Made by a program: the position numbers and the translations under genes. From Octopus vulgaris (taxonomy: Eukaryota), in contig OX597815.1 in NCBI GenBank assembly GCA_951406725.2, positions 73,780,001 through 73,844,000 of the forward strand: a stretch of 64,000 bases of DNA, written 5' to 3'. Below the pieces are notes generated by a model, which saw only the letters and a list, made by a program, of their open reading frames with translations, was not told the DNA's origin and searched no databases. Shown here in pieces: positions 24,660-38,770 of the stretch. Position 1 is the first letter of the stretch. The number at the start of each line of letters is the position of its first letter.

Positions 24660-25752
24660 ACCTATTTCTTTACTACCCACAAGGAGCTAAACACAGAGGG
24701 GACAAACAAGGACAGACGACTGAAGCAATAACTCCAGTGCGTAAATGGTACTTATTTAATCGACCCCGAAAGGATGAAAGGCAAAGTCGACCTCGGCGGA
24801 ATTTCAACTCAGAACGTAGCGGCAGACGAAATACCTATTTCGTCTTCTCACAAATATTTGACGATGAGGATAATGATGGTAATGAAAACGGTGATGGTAG
24901 TTAAGATAGTCATGAAGGTGGTGACGACGAAGACGACCATGACGATGACGATGATGATGCTGATGGTGACGATGATGATGATTACCTATTTCTTTACTAC
25001 CCACAAGGAGCTAAAGACAGAGGGGACAAACAAGGACAGACAAACGGATTAAGTCGATTATATCGACCCCAGTGCGTAAATGGTACTTATTTAATCGACC
25101 CCGAAAGGATGAAAGGCAAAGTTGACCTCGGCGGAATTTCAACTCAGAACGTAGCGGCAGACGAAATACCTATTTCTTTACCACCCACAAGGGGCTAAAC
25201 ACAGAGGACAGACAAACGAATCAAATCGATTATATCAACCCCAGTGCGCAACTGGTACTTAATTTATCAACCCCGAAAGGATGAAAGGCAAAGTCGACCT
25301 CGGCGTAATTTGAACTCAGAACGTAATGGCAGACAAAATACCTATTTCTTTATTACCCACAAGGGGCTAAACACAGAGGGGACAAACAAGGACAGACAAA
25401 CGAATCAAGTCGATTATATCAACCCCAGTGCGCAACTGGTACTTAATTTATCGACCCCGAAAGGATGAAAGGCAAAGTCGACCTCGGCGTAATTTGAACT
25501 CAGAACGTAGCGGCAGACGAAATACCTATTTCTTTACTACCCACAAGGGGCTAAACACAGAGGGGACAAACAAGGACAGACAAAAGTATCAAGTCGATTA
25601 TATCAACCCCAGTGCGCAACTGGTACTTAATTTATCGACCCCGAAAGGATGAAAGGCAAAGTCGACCTCGGCGTAATTTGAACTCAGAACGTAACGGCAG
25701 ACGAAATACCGCTGAGCACTTCGCCCGGCGTGCTAACGTTTCTGCCAGCTCG
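24660..25752 (-). mobile_element. SINE family B multimer (one head plus ~5 tandem ~184-bp units)
   Basis: 184-bp period (ORF starts 25244/25428/25612); head gagctggcagaaacgttagcacgccggg at the right end. Confidence 0.9.
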
Positions 25753-26009
25753 ACCTCAGTGACGGAAACGGCGCTACTACTGCCGTTGTTGCTGCTGCTG
25801 CTGCTGATCACGATCATGATCATGATCGTGATCATGATTATGATGATAACGACAATGCTGCTGCTCCTGCTGTTGATAATGGTGTTGATGACAATGATGA
25901 TGATGATGATGATGATAGTGATAATGATGATGATGACAGTGATAATAATGATGACATAGATAATGATGATGATGATGACAGTGATTATCAGATACTTTTA
26001 TTTTATTTA

Positions 26010-26220
26010 ATTTCTATTCTCTTTTAATTGTTTCAGTCATTTGACTGCGGCCATGCTGGAGCACCGCTTTTAGTCGAGCAAATCGACCCCGGGACTTATT
26101 CTTTGTAAGCCCCGTACTTATTCTATCGGTCTCTTTTGCCGAACCGCTAAGTGACGGGGATATAAACACACCAGCATCGGTTGTCAAGCAATGCTAGGGG
26201 GACAAACATACACACACAAG

Positions 26221-26266
<46 letters not shown>

Positions 26267-26440
26267 ATATATATATATATACAAATATACGACGGGCTTC
26301 TTTCTACCAAATCCACTCACAAGGCTTTGGTCGGCCCGAAGCTATAGTAGAAGACACTTGTCCAAGATGCCACGCAGTGGGACTGAACCCGGAACCATGT
26401 GTTTGGTAAGCAGGCTACTTACCACACAGCCACTCCTGTG
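26010..26440 (-). mobile_element. SINE family A
   Basis: Reverse complement of 7620-8030. Confidence 0.85.
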
Positions 26441-26699
26441 CTTATATGTACATATATCACAGCCACTCCTTTGGCTTTCCTTTTTTTATATTTACTTTTA
26501 TTGCATTTAATTTATTCATTTATTTTCCTCGTGTAAAGAAATGGAAGGAGAATTATTGGCTTCTATTGGTTTGAAACTGGATAAAAGTAATTCTCTCTCT
26601 CCCTCTGTCTCCCCTCATTTTTTTTATCCTCTCTCCCTCTCTCTCTGTCACGCATACACACTCACACGTGCAAGTTTTTTTGTATATACATACGCACGC

Positions 26700-27560
26700 A
26701 CATTTGAATATGCATATATGCACATGTATATATGTATGTATGTACGTCTGTATGTATGTGTGTATGAATGCATGTAGGTATGTATTTGTGTATGCATGTA
26801 TGTATTTATGCATGTATGTATGTATGTATCTATGAATATATGTATGTCTTTATGTATGCATGTATATATGTATGCATGTAAGCATGCACGTGTACATCTA
26901 TGTATACATTATGTATGTATGTATGTATGTATGTATGTATGTAGGCATGTATGTATGCACATGTATATATGTATGTATGTACGTCTGTATGTGTGTATGT
27001 ATGCATGTAGGTATGTATGTATTTGTGTATGTATGTATTTATGCATGTATGTATGTATCTATGAATATATGTATGTCTTTATGTATGCATGTATATATGT
27101 ATGCATGTAAGCATGCACGTATGTATGTACGTGTACATCTATGTATGTATGTATGTATGTATGTATGTATGTATGTATGTATGTATGTATGTATGTATGT
27201 ATGTAGGCATGTATGTATGTATGTATGTATGTACGTCTGTATGTATGTGTGTATGTATGCATGTAGGTATGTATGTATTTGTGTATGCATGTATGTATTT
27301 ATGCATGTATGTATGTATGTATCTATGAATATATGTATGTCTTTATGTATGCATGTATATATATATGCATGTAAGCATGCACGTATGTATGTACGTGTAC
27401 ATCTATGTATACATTATGTATGTATGTATGTATGTATGTATGTATGTAGGCATGTAGGCATGTATGTATGTATGTATGTATGTATGTATGTATGTATGTA
27501 TGTAGGCATGTATATATGCATGTGTGTGTGTGTGTGTGTGTGTATGTGTGTATGTATACA
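26700..27560. repeat. Compound (TATG)n microsatellite with higher-order duplication
   Basis: Block tatctatgaatatatgtatgtctttatg...taagcatgcacgt recurs at ~26825, ~27055 and ~27320. Confidence 0.85.
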
Positions 27561-27819
27561 CGAAGGATTAGCGTGTCATTAATAAACGCTAAATGTGGGC
27601 GCGGTGTGTGAAATAAAGCGACGTTCCTGCGTTGATTAGTAAACCTGCCTTGCAAGCCGTTATAATTGGGAACGAACGGACTTCAGGTGATGATATAAAC
27701 CGGATGTTGTTTAATGGCCACCCTCTGAGTTCCTGATTAACCGGCGAATCTTTAATTTGTCATGGGCATATTGGATTAAAGAAGACGAAAAACAAGATAC
27801 TGACAAAAACAAATCGGTC

Positions 27820-28031
<212 letters not shown>

Positions 28032-28114
28032 GCTGAGGCCCCATTCGGTCATGACTGATCCTGGGATGGCACCTAGAAAGTTACCCTCCCCAGGCACAAG
28101 TCCGGGCAAGGTAG

Positions 28115-28387
28115 GGATCTTTTCAGTTTGAAGGCCAGATTTTCCTAGTTAACTAAACAATTTGAAACTTCGTATACTGGTAGAATGTGTCAAAATGAAA
28201 ACAGACAATACGATTGGTTAAAATTCGCAGATTTAAACTACGTTTAAACTTATAAAATACATTTTTGTCAAAAAAACTAGTTGAAATTATTGTTTTCTTT
28301 TGACACATTCTACCAGTATACGAAGTTTCAAATTATTTAGTTAACTAGAAAAATCTGAAAAATCTGGCTTTCAAAATGAAAAGATCC
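28115..28387. mobile_element. MITE related to the 16311-17236 element
   Basis: GGATC...GATCC termini, shared aacttcg.a.actggtagaatgtgtca arm, 8-bp TSD caaggtag/caaggttg; inserted in SINE D. Confidence 0.85.
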
Positions 28388-28899
28388 CAAGGTTGTTTAT
28401 GGAAGACCAGCAGTCGCCTTTGCACACCGGCCTCCCCTCTCCACGTCACCAGTGTTATCCAAGGGAAAGGCAAAGGGCGATACAGCTTGGCACCAGTGAT
28501 GTGGCAACTCATTTCTACAGCTGAGTGAACTGGAGCAACGTGAAATAAAGTGTCTTGCTTAAGAACACAACACGTAGCCCGGTCCGGGATTCGAACTCAC
28601 AGCCTCTCGATCGTAAGCTCGACACTCTAACTATCGAGCCACGCGCCTTCAATAATAATAGTAATAACAATAATAATAATAATCCTTTCTATTATAGGCA
28701 CAAGGCCTGAAGTTTTGCGGGAGGGAACTAGTCGATTACATCGACCCAGAATTTCACTGGTACTTAATTTATCGACCCCGAAAGGATGAAAGGCAAAGTC
28801 GACCTCGGCAGAATATTAATAATGATGATAATGATGATTTCATTATTAACCACAAAGGTTTACATTAAGAAAAACATTATGGACGGCACAGAACAAAAC

Positions 28900-30745
28900 A
28901 AAACAAAGAATGTGTGTGTGTATGTGTGTGAGTGTGTGTTGCTGTGAGGGTTTTGCGTGTAAACAAGAGTAACATCATTTTCTTAAAAATTCCTACGCTA
29001 CTGAAACCGGGAAACAGGCCCTTATGAGCCTGGCATGGCTCGAAAAGGAACATATATTTTTTATTTAACTCCAGGCGTATACTCAGGGCAAGCCCGTTCA
29101 CCCGCACCATTCTCACCACTTTCATCTAATTTTCAGCAAACTGGGTAGAAGACAACACTTCCCTCTCTACCCTTATTTTCCTTTTCAAGTGAAACTTGAA
29201 GAAGTTGATCAGGGATTGCCACAAAAACAATTAGGGACAATACAAAACAAGGGATGAGTAGGGTTTAAAACAGAAAAAACGTGTAAACAATAAAAATAAA
29301 AACAATTAACAAAAAAAAATTAAACAACAAAATTCCCCAATAGGGGTGAGTTTCACCCAGGGCCAACCAGGGTGCCCTACACATCCTGGTCACCCCAACT
29401 GCCAAGGGCACGCCAGGTAGGTACCCCTCCTCCCTTCAACTGCTCCGGCTGAAGGACGAATATTCAGAGTAGGCTCATTCCTACGAGCCATTTTCGCAAC
29501 ATTCACCCACCTTTCAACAAACTTACTGGCGGGGGCGGGGAGTACTTCCCTCTCTACCTTCACTTGTAAAAGTCAATGAGGGCTCGGCCGAAGAGGAAAG
29601 TGTCTGTCTTCAGTCCTTTCAACCTCGTCCACCACACTATCTCTTTCGCTATAGCCACCAGGCAGAGGAAAACTGCCTTTCCCTCCCGGCCAAAAGAAGG
29701 CAGCGGGTTGATCCTCACAATGGACTCGGCTGATAACCGGATCCGTCCTATACAACTTTTCGACAAAGCTCCATAGTTCAGTAATGTACGGATACTGGAC
29801 GAGTGCATGCAGAACGGTTTCATCACCCTGCGCATACCTCAGACAAGTCCGTCTGACAGCACTTCCGTGTCTGTAGAACTTGTCTCGAACTGGCAGAGCT
29901 CCCCGGTAGCATTGCCAGGCCAGGGATTTCTGACCCGAACGTCCTCCAGAAAAGACCAGTTAGTTGATCTCTCTCGACGTCCAGAGTTTCCCCGAGTACG
30001 ACATCGCTCTTTCCTTCCACTAACCCTCGGGAGAACTCCATGGTGGAACTTCCACCGACCGCGTTGCCCGACTGGCAGAAGGCCGTGAGCGCTTACCGAC
30101 ACTCCAGGTGCCAAGCGCTCTTTCTGGTCTGCGTTTGACCCAGGACTGTCGCTCAATGAGACGAGCTGCGGAAAGCCCCTTTTGACGGATGGCAACCACA
30201 GCTGCACATCATTGGCCACGGCATTCTCAGTCCTCCACTCAGCGGCTATTGACAGCCGAAGGACCGTCTGACGATCGGAACTCGTCCCTTCCATAGGAAG
30301 TGGAAGAGCAAGTGCTCCAACTTTATCAGGCACGAAATGGGGTAAGGAACGACGGTCAGGCGGTAGTAGATGACAGAAGCGATGTACACATTCGCGCCCT
30401 CCGCCCGACCCTTCAGGAATAGCTTCCTATCAGCTCAATTCTGGGTGAGATTGGCTACCCTGCTTGTCACCTCCCACCAGTTCTTGTCCACCTGGAAATC
30501 TGGACCAAACCAGATCCCGAGCATTTGAGCCGGTCCTTCCGTCCAGTGCCTTACAACGCTGGCGGTTGGCATGACCCTGCCTCTCCAGGTGCCAAGCTGC
30601 AGGCCCATCGACTTCTCCTGGTTGGTATTTGCTCCTGTCACCGCTTCGTATACACTTAGAGCAGTGCCGACCACCTCGATCTCCGACACTATTACGGTGA
30701 CGTCGTCCGTGTAAGCCGACACGAAGCTTCGGCATTCTAGATCAC
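28900..30745 (-). mobile_element. Tx1/L1-clade LINE 3' portion (RT C-terminus), plus a second short 3' fragment at ~28900-29220
   Basis: SAYTDDVTVIVS (YADD motif), MLGIWFG and AVFLCLVAIAKEIVWWTRLKG; A-rich tail near 29300. Confidence 0.85.
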
Positions 30746-31839
30746 GCTGGATGCCCCTCGAAACATCGACCCCGAGTGGATGAAAGGCAAAGTCGACCTC
30801 GGCGGAATTTGAACTCCGAACATAAAGCCGGATGAAATGCCGCTGAGCATTTTATTCGTCGTGCTAATGAGGCCGACAAAAAAAGATAGTATGTCTGGCC
30901 AGCCAACCAACTAACCAACCAATGAGCCAACTGCCGTCTGCGTTTACATTTGATAGTGACTGGCTGTTTAAACATTTTTCTCCACATGTGATGGCATATA
31001 CTTTAATGATGATTATTGATATTTTATATTTAATGATGACTTGCCTGTTTAGCTGTCTATGAGTTATACATTCATTTATTTATTCACCAAACCAACAATA
31101 ATCCATTAGACGGGATTAAAGATGGACAAGCTTTATTTTATTTTATTTATTTAAACTGATTTCCGCTCCATTGTGTCGGTTTCCTTTTAGCTTTCAAATC
31201 TTCTCTCACGCTCTCTCTTTGTGTCAGTTCTATTTTATCTGTTCCTCCCTCTTCCCTCCACTCTGCTTATCCCCCTTTCCTTTCATTCCTTCCCTTCTCC
31301 CCTCCCTCCTCTTTTCCTCCCCTTTCCCCCCTTCCTCCCATTCCCACCTTCCCATCCTGTGCATTAATGTGTAACTGTCGGAACATGCCCCTGCTTGCAA
31401 ATATCCATAAATCTAAGTGCTTGTATCTATCAGATGTTACCTGTCAGGCCTCACTGCTACCGTGTACGTCCACGGCTCATATTCCGATCCACATTATAGC
31501 ATGGCAACTTCGCTCATATCACCCATACACATACTTCAGTGCATTAATAACTTCGCTGTTTCTTCTAATCACACATAGAGAATCATAGGGACTCACGCCT
31601 GCTAAAGAGGAATAGTAATTCAACAAAATTCTGCCCGACGAGACGTGAATCCTACAAACGGTGGTAAAAGAAATCTGGACAGAAAAGCAGTGATCCTTTA
31701 GTCCTGCCAGCAACATATCTAGTGCTAATATTACAATAAAATTTAAAATTGAGACCCAGTGATGTTGCCAGCGCCCAAGGCAAGGTGAATATTGCGATAA
31801 TTAATTAATTAATGCATTTATTATTACTACTCTATTTAA

Positions 31840-32250
31840 GGCGGCGAGCTGGCAGAAACGTTAGCACGCCGGGCGAAATGCTTAGCAGTATTTCGTCTGC
31901 CGTTACGTTCTGAGTTCTAATTCCGCCGAGGTCGACTTTGCCTTTTATCCTTTCGGGGTCGATTAAATAAGTACCAGTTACGCACTGGGGTCGATATAAT
32001 CAACTCGATCCGTTTGTCTGTCCTTGTTTGTCCCCTCTGTGTGTAGCCCCTTGTGGGTAGTAAAGAAATAGGTATTTCGTCTGCTGCTACGTTCTGAGTT
32101 GAAATTCCGCCGAGGTCGACTTTGCCTTTCATCCTTTCGGGGTCGATAAGTTAAGTACCATTTACGCACTGGGGTCGATCTAATCGGCTTAATCCCTTTG
32201 TTTGTCCCCTCTATGTTTAGCTCCTTGTGGGCAATAAAGAAATAGGTATT
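31840..32250 (+). mobile_element. SINE family B dimer
   Basis: Head ggcggcgagctggcagaaacg plus two units joined at gaaataggtatttcgtc. Confidence 0.88.
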
Positions 32251-34385
32251 TAATCCGTCTTTAGTGTTCCGAGTCCAAACTTCATCAAAGTCGACTCTTC
32301 CAAAGTCGAATAAATGTAACAAAAACAAAGTTTGATAGAAATATTAGCCATTTTTGATACTTTTTAGGGGTGAGTAAATAGGAAAGAACAGATGCTACTC
32401 AAGGACAAAAATCGTGTTACCCGGTGTAATAGGGTTATTAAATAAATTATAATTTCGTTACACATGGTGAAAAGATTCGCCATAACTGCATTAGAACCAA
32501 AAAGGTGATTTTATATTTTTCAGTTTTGCTATCTCACCGGTCGGGCACCTCTCATTCCTAAGATGTGATTATTTCTCAATCATACGTTACGATATTCAAA
32601 TCCCGTTCAGATCCTGTTCAAATCCCGCCGTGGCTTAAATGGATGGTAAAATTAATCCGTCGTTAGATTTAATAACGCTCCTTGGAATCTTTGGTGTCTT
32701 TAACGGAGTCCACTTATACAGGTAATCGAGTCAGTTTTTTGGTTTGCGGATACCTTCCTTCCACTCCTTCTCTACTCTACCACCAGTCCGGGGGACTTTG
32801 TAAAGGACCTTTCCACTTGGCTAAAAGACAAATAGCAATTATAATCTTGTTACAGGGCATGAGCTTGTGTGGTTGATCGGGAGAGACTGGACTTCAGTTT
32901 CAAACTACATAGGAAGAAATTGAGTTGTAGGCCTATCCAAAACATGACATGTGTTAGCCAGTATTAAACTAATGATGATGAAAATGACGCTAATAATAAC
33001 AACAACAACAACAACAACAATAATAATAATAATGATAATAATAATAATAATTTTTGTCTTGGTATAAAAGATGGGCTACAGTGAATATTCTGCTCAATAC
33101 CACAAATTTGCTTGTCAGCTGTTTGACCATAACCAGTTGAGCATTTTTTTTTCTTTGGTGGTTGACGATATGTGCATCTCTGATCACGAGTAGAAGTAGT
33201 GGGGGTGCATCATAGCCATGTGATGAGAGGAATTCTTTGGGGTTTGAACAATTCATCTTTGGAAACATGGGTGTTTCGTTCATCATTCTTAAACAAACCT
33301 TATTCAAGGATCTTTTGAGTAGGATGAGCTGCTCAACCTGAAGAAAATTCTGAACGAGCCCCCACTTGCAAGGTCGTGCGCTGTTTATTTTGATATGAAA
33401 TCACCATGTCGCGCACATATGGTTGTGATGCATATGCCTAATGTACCCCGATCAGACGGGTAGTCATGATGGGTGTATTGGGCTTCGTATATTTGTACCT
33501 CAGCGTCACTTAGATGGCGCGTGCTGCTTTCTCAATTAATAGTAATAATGGTTTCAAATTTGGGCACAAAGCCAACAAGTTCGGGAGTGGAGGGTAAGTC
33601 GATTATATCAATCCCAATATTCAATGGGTACTTATTTTTTCGGCCCCGGAAGGAATTTGAAAGGCAAAGTCGACATCGGCGGAATTTGAACTCAGAACGT
33701 AAAGGCGGACGAAATACCGTTAAGCGTTTTGCCTCGCATGCTAACGATTCTGCCGGCTCGCCGCCTTTCACTCATATAATGATAGACTGTTATAATTTGT
33801 TAAAATAAATGACGGTTCCTTATTAGCTTGATACTTCTATCACAATGCGTTAATATAAAAACCTGTTTAATATAGTAACAAATATGTGTTTGTATTTATA
33901 TGTATTTCTGTTTTTCTCCTCCATGAAGGTACCAAATCAATAATCAATAGTTTACAGAAAACACTAGAATATATGTAGTAACTATTATAGGTGGGCATAG
34001 TGACGATCACGTTCAAAAGCAACAATGACAAACGAAATAGAAATATTAATAAACAAAAATGAAAAAACAAAACTGAAACAGGCTCGATAAGAATAAGAGC
34101 CACCACACAGCTACCATCCACCATAGCTGCCAATATTACAGTCGTCCACTTCGTTGGCCCCCCCGCTTCCTCTTCTCAATCATCGTTATCAACGTCATCA
34201 ACGTCGTCATTGTTGAGGTCGTCATCTTCATCAGCACTAGCGGCCATCAAGATCGTCATGGTCATGACCCTGCTCCTCCTCCTCCTCCTCCTCATCATCA
34301 TCATAAAACTCGTCGTCAACATGAATTGCATCTGTCACCATAACTGTCACCATCAACTACCAACGACGTCCACTCACCGACAAAT

Positions 34386-34459
<74 letters not shown>

Positions 34460-34477
34460 TCAAACCGATTTGGGGGA

Positions 34478-35176
34478 AAGGAGATAATCGATCACATCGA
34501 TCTCAGTATTTGACTGCAACTTAATTTATTGACACTGAAAGGATGAAAGGCAAGTTGACCTTGGCGGAATTTGAACTCAGAACGTAAAGGTACACGAAAT
34601 GCCGCTAAGCATTTTGCCCGGCGTGTTAGCGAATCTGCAAGCCCGCAGCCTTAATTATAACAATAATCCTTTCAACTAAAGGCACAAGGCTTGAAATTTT
34701 GGGGGAGGGGACCAGTCGATTGCATCGATCTCAAGTGCCAGTTTCACTGGTACTTAACTTATCGACTCCAAAAGGACGAAAGCTAAGTCGTCCTCGGCGG
34801 AATTTCAACTCAGAACGTAGCGGCAGACGATATACCTACTTCTTTACTACCCACAAGGGACTAAACACAGAGAGGACAAACAAGGACAGACAAACGGATT
34901 AAGTCGACTATATCGACCCCAGTGCATAACTGGTACTTATTTAATCGACCCCGAAAGGATGAAAGGCAAAGTCGACCTCGGCGGAATTTGAACTCAGAAC
35001 GTAACGGCAGACGAAATACAGCTATGCATTTCGCCCGGCGTGCTAACGATTCTGCCAGTTCGCCGCCTCAAAAAGGATGAAAGGCAAAGTCGACCTCGGC
35101 GGAATTTGAATTTAGAACGTAACGGCAGACGAAATTAGGCTACGCATTTCGCCCGGCCTGCTAACGGTTCTGCCAA
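34478..35176 (-). mobile_element. Cluster of SINE family B copies and multimer
   Basis: Repeated gaaaggatgaaaggcaaagtcgacctcggcggaatttgaactcagaacg blocks. Confidence 0.85.
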
Positions 35177-35250
35177 GTGTAAAAGGTAGAGAAACAAAAG
35201 CATACACGAAAATTCAATGAGAAGCCCATTTAATAAAGAAATCATCATCG

Positions 35251-35287
<37 letters not shown>

Positions 35288-35297
35288 ATTATTATTA

Positions 35298-35367
<70 letters not shown>

Positions 35368-35489
35368 GACCGTGTGAAGTAAACTAAAAAAGAAAAAAAC
35401 GTAAAATAACAAAAATGAATAAAGCAACAAAACTGGATCTTAGCTAACTTGTTTTAGTTTTCTTTTTCAATTGCGAATGGTATATATGC

Positions 35490-35614
35490 ACACATACACA
35501 TACACATTCACATAACATACGCAACACATACATAGCACATACACAAACACACATATACATATATGCATACGTGTATATATGTACACACAAACACACATAT
35601 ATATATACATATAT

Positions 35615-35658
<44 letters not shown>

Positions 35659-35672
35659 CATACATACATACA

Positions 35673-35731
<59 letters not shown>

Positions 35732-35780
35732 GTATATATATGTATATATATATATACACACACATATATACATACATATG

Positions 35781-35866
<86 letters not shown>

Positions 35867-36228
35867 TATAAATACACACACACCCACATATATTAAACGC
35901 ATCTATGTATAAATACACGTGTTCATATGTACATGCACGCTAAAGTGCACAAACACACACACACCACACACACACAAATACTAATGCAGTATGGAAACCT
36001 GTATATGTTTACGCACATATACATATCCACCCATATATATCTACACACTTATACAGCACATCTAATTACTATACACGTAGGTATAGATGCATGTATGGAA
36101 TATGTATATGTGCGCTCGATCGCGCGCACATATGTGTTTGTGTGTGTTTATGTATGTATGTATGTATGTATGTATGTATGTATGTATGTATGTATGTATG
36201 TGTGTATGTATGTATGTATGTATGTATG

Positions 36229-36283
<55 letters not shown>

Positions 36284-37060
36284 GTATTATGTATGTATGT
36301 ATGTATGTATGTATCTATGTATTTATGTATGTATGAATGTATGTGTGTGTGTATGTATGCATATATGTATGTATGTATTTATGTATGTATGTATGTATGT
36401 ATGTATGTACCTATCTATCTATCTATGTATTTATGTATGTATGTATGTATGTGTGTGTGTATGTATGTATGTATGTATGTATGTATGTATGTATGTATGC
36501 ATGTACGTATGCATGGTTGTATGTTTGTATGATTGTTCTGTGTATGCATTTCTAAATATCCTTGCACCTATATCTACGAACTTAATTATAAGCGTTCATA
36601 TAAATATACGTCTACTTATATGCAAATATCATACACACATTCACGCGTGTACACACGCAAATACACGCACATAAACACAACACATACACACACACACATG
36701 AACACATATACACACACGCTCACACTCACAAAATCTATACAGAAAGACACCATGCCTTTCTAAGAATAATTTTGACAATGGTCTGTGACAGGTTATTCAT
36801 TATCAAAGCCACTCCGACGTTATTTTGTCTATATTAAGCTCCAGACTTCTTTACAATTCTTCTTATAATTAGCAAACAATCTATGTTATTAAACATATAT
36901 GAATCATTTGTATTGAATATTTACAACCCTCGTTAGTAATACGACATATATATGCACACATATACATGCATACACTCCGCTTATATCCGCATATATACGT
37001 ATACAATGTATACATATATATACATATGCTATAAGTTATATATATGTGTATATGCGTGGG

Positions 37061-37121
<61 letters not shown>

Positions 37122-37142
37122 ATATATATATACATACAGACA

Positions 37143-37175
<33 letters not shown>

Positions 37176-37288
37176 GTGTGTTTATGTATAGATACATATA
37201 TGTATATATACGTATGTATACACACACATACACTCTCACAATATATATTTATATATATCTTCCAACATGCATGCATATAATGTATGTA

Positions 37289-37367
<79 letters not shown>

Positions 37368-37390
37368 ATATATATATATATATATACAGG
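35490..37390. repeat. Extended compound (TA)/(CA)/(TATG)/(TATC) microsatellite field
   Basis: Direct inspection; source of spurious YI/MYVC ORFs. Confidence 0.95.
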
Positions 37391-37987
37391 TGCAGGCATG
37401 AGCTGTCGCAAGAACCTTGCTTCCCAACCACAGTTCAGTCCCACTCCGTGGTACCTTGGGCAAGTATCTTTCTGCTTTAAACCTCGAGCCGACCAAAAGC
37501 CTTGTGAGTGGATATATACATCAATGTGTGTGTCTTTCTAAACACGTCGTATATATATTCTTTTATTCTCTTATTTGTTGCAGTCATGTGACTGCGGCCA
37601 TGCTCGAGCAACGCCTTTAGTCGAAGAAATCAACCCCAGGACTTATTTTTTGTAAGCCTAGTACTTATTATATCGGTCTCTTTTGCCGTAAACACACTAA
37701 TATCGGTCGTCAAGCGATGGTGAGGGGACAAACACAGACACACACAGACACATACACACTCACATATCCATATATATATATACATACATACATACATATA
37801 TATATAAATATATATATATATAACAAAAGGGACATTAGCCATTTGAATGTGGCTAGGGACAGGGCAGGGCGGTGGGGGTGTTACTGATGCATTTAGCCCC
37901 AGGCGATCATCAACGTCACCAGATAGGCTGACACCATCACGGTGTCCTCTATCCTGCAAAGGGAGATCATTCCCCGAAGAAGCGGAT

Positions 37988-38042
37988 GCCACATACGGAC
38001 CCAGGTTTCGAGGTGTTTGCCTCTCGTCAACGTATGGTAGGC
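37988..38042 (-). ncRNA. Minimal type I hammerhead ribozyme (PLE-type), C3U core variant
   Basis: Minus strand: catacg-TTGACGA-gagg caaaca cctc-GAAA-cctgg-GTC-cgtatg; stems I, II and III all pair. Confidence 0.75.
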
Positions 38043-38099
38043 AAAATCGATCGATTTCTTGCTTGATATATGTGTCTGTGTGTGGGCGTGCGCGCATCT

Positions 38100-38530
38100 T
38101 TTACCTTTTATCTCTTATTTGTTTCAGTCATCAGACTGCAGTCATGCTGGGGCACCGCGGTGAAGAGTTTTTAGTCGAATGAATCGATCCCAGTATTTTT
38201 TATTTAAGCCAATATTTATTTTTTCGGTCATCTTTACTGAACTGCTAGGTTACGGGAACATAAGCACACCAGCACCAATTGTCAGGCAGTAGTAGGGGAA
38301 AACACAGACACAAAGACACAAAGACACAGACACAGAAATACGCGTCGCACACGCACACACGCATACACACATGATAGGCTTCTCTTCAGTTCCGTCAACC
38401 AAATCCATTCACAAGGCTCTGGTCGGCTCGAGGCTACAGTAGAAGACTCTTGCTCAAGGTGCCATGCAGTGGGACTGAACTCATAACCATGTGGTTGGGA
38501 AACAAACTTCTTACCACACAGTCACGCCAA
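38100..38530 (-). mobile_element. SINE family A (older copy)
   Basis: Reverse-complement head and tail of family A. Confidence 0.75.
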
Positions 38531-38583
38531 TATAGATATGTGTGTGTATATATGTATATGTGTTTTCTGTATATGTATGTATG

Positions 38584-38615
<32 letters not shown>

Positions 38616-38639
38616 TATATATGTATGTATGTATATATG

Positions 38640-38770
<131 letters not shown>

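Noticed and set aside
25010-25700. CRISPR-like regular repeats
   Set aside because: 184-bp units with no unique spacers, eukaryotic SINE context, no cas genes
35444-37541. Long ORFs of YI/MYVC/HT repeats (also 26.5-27.6, 38.4-39.2 and 49.3-50.8 kb)
   Set aside because: Translations of stop-free microsatellites, not genes
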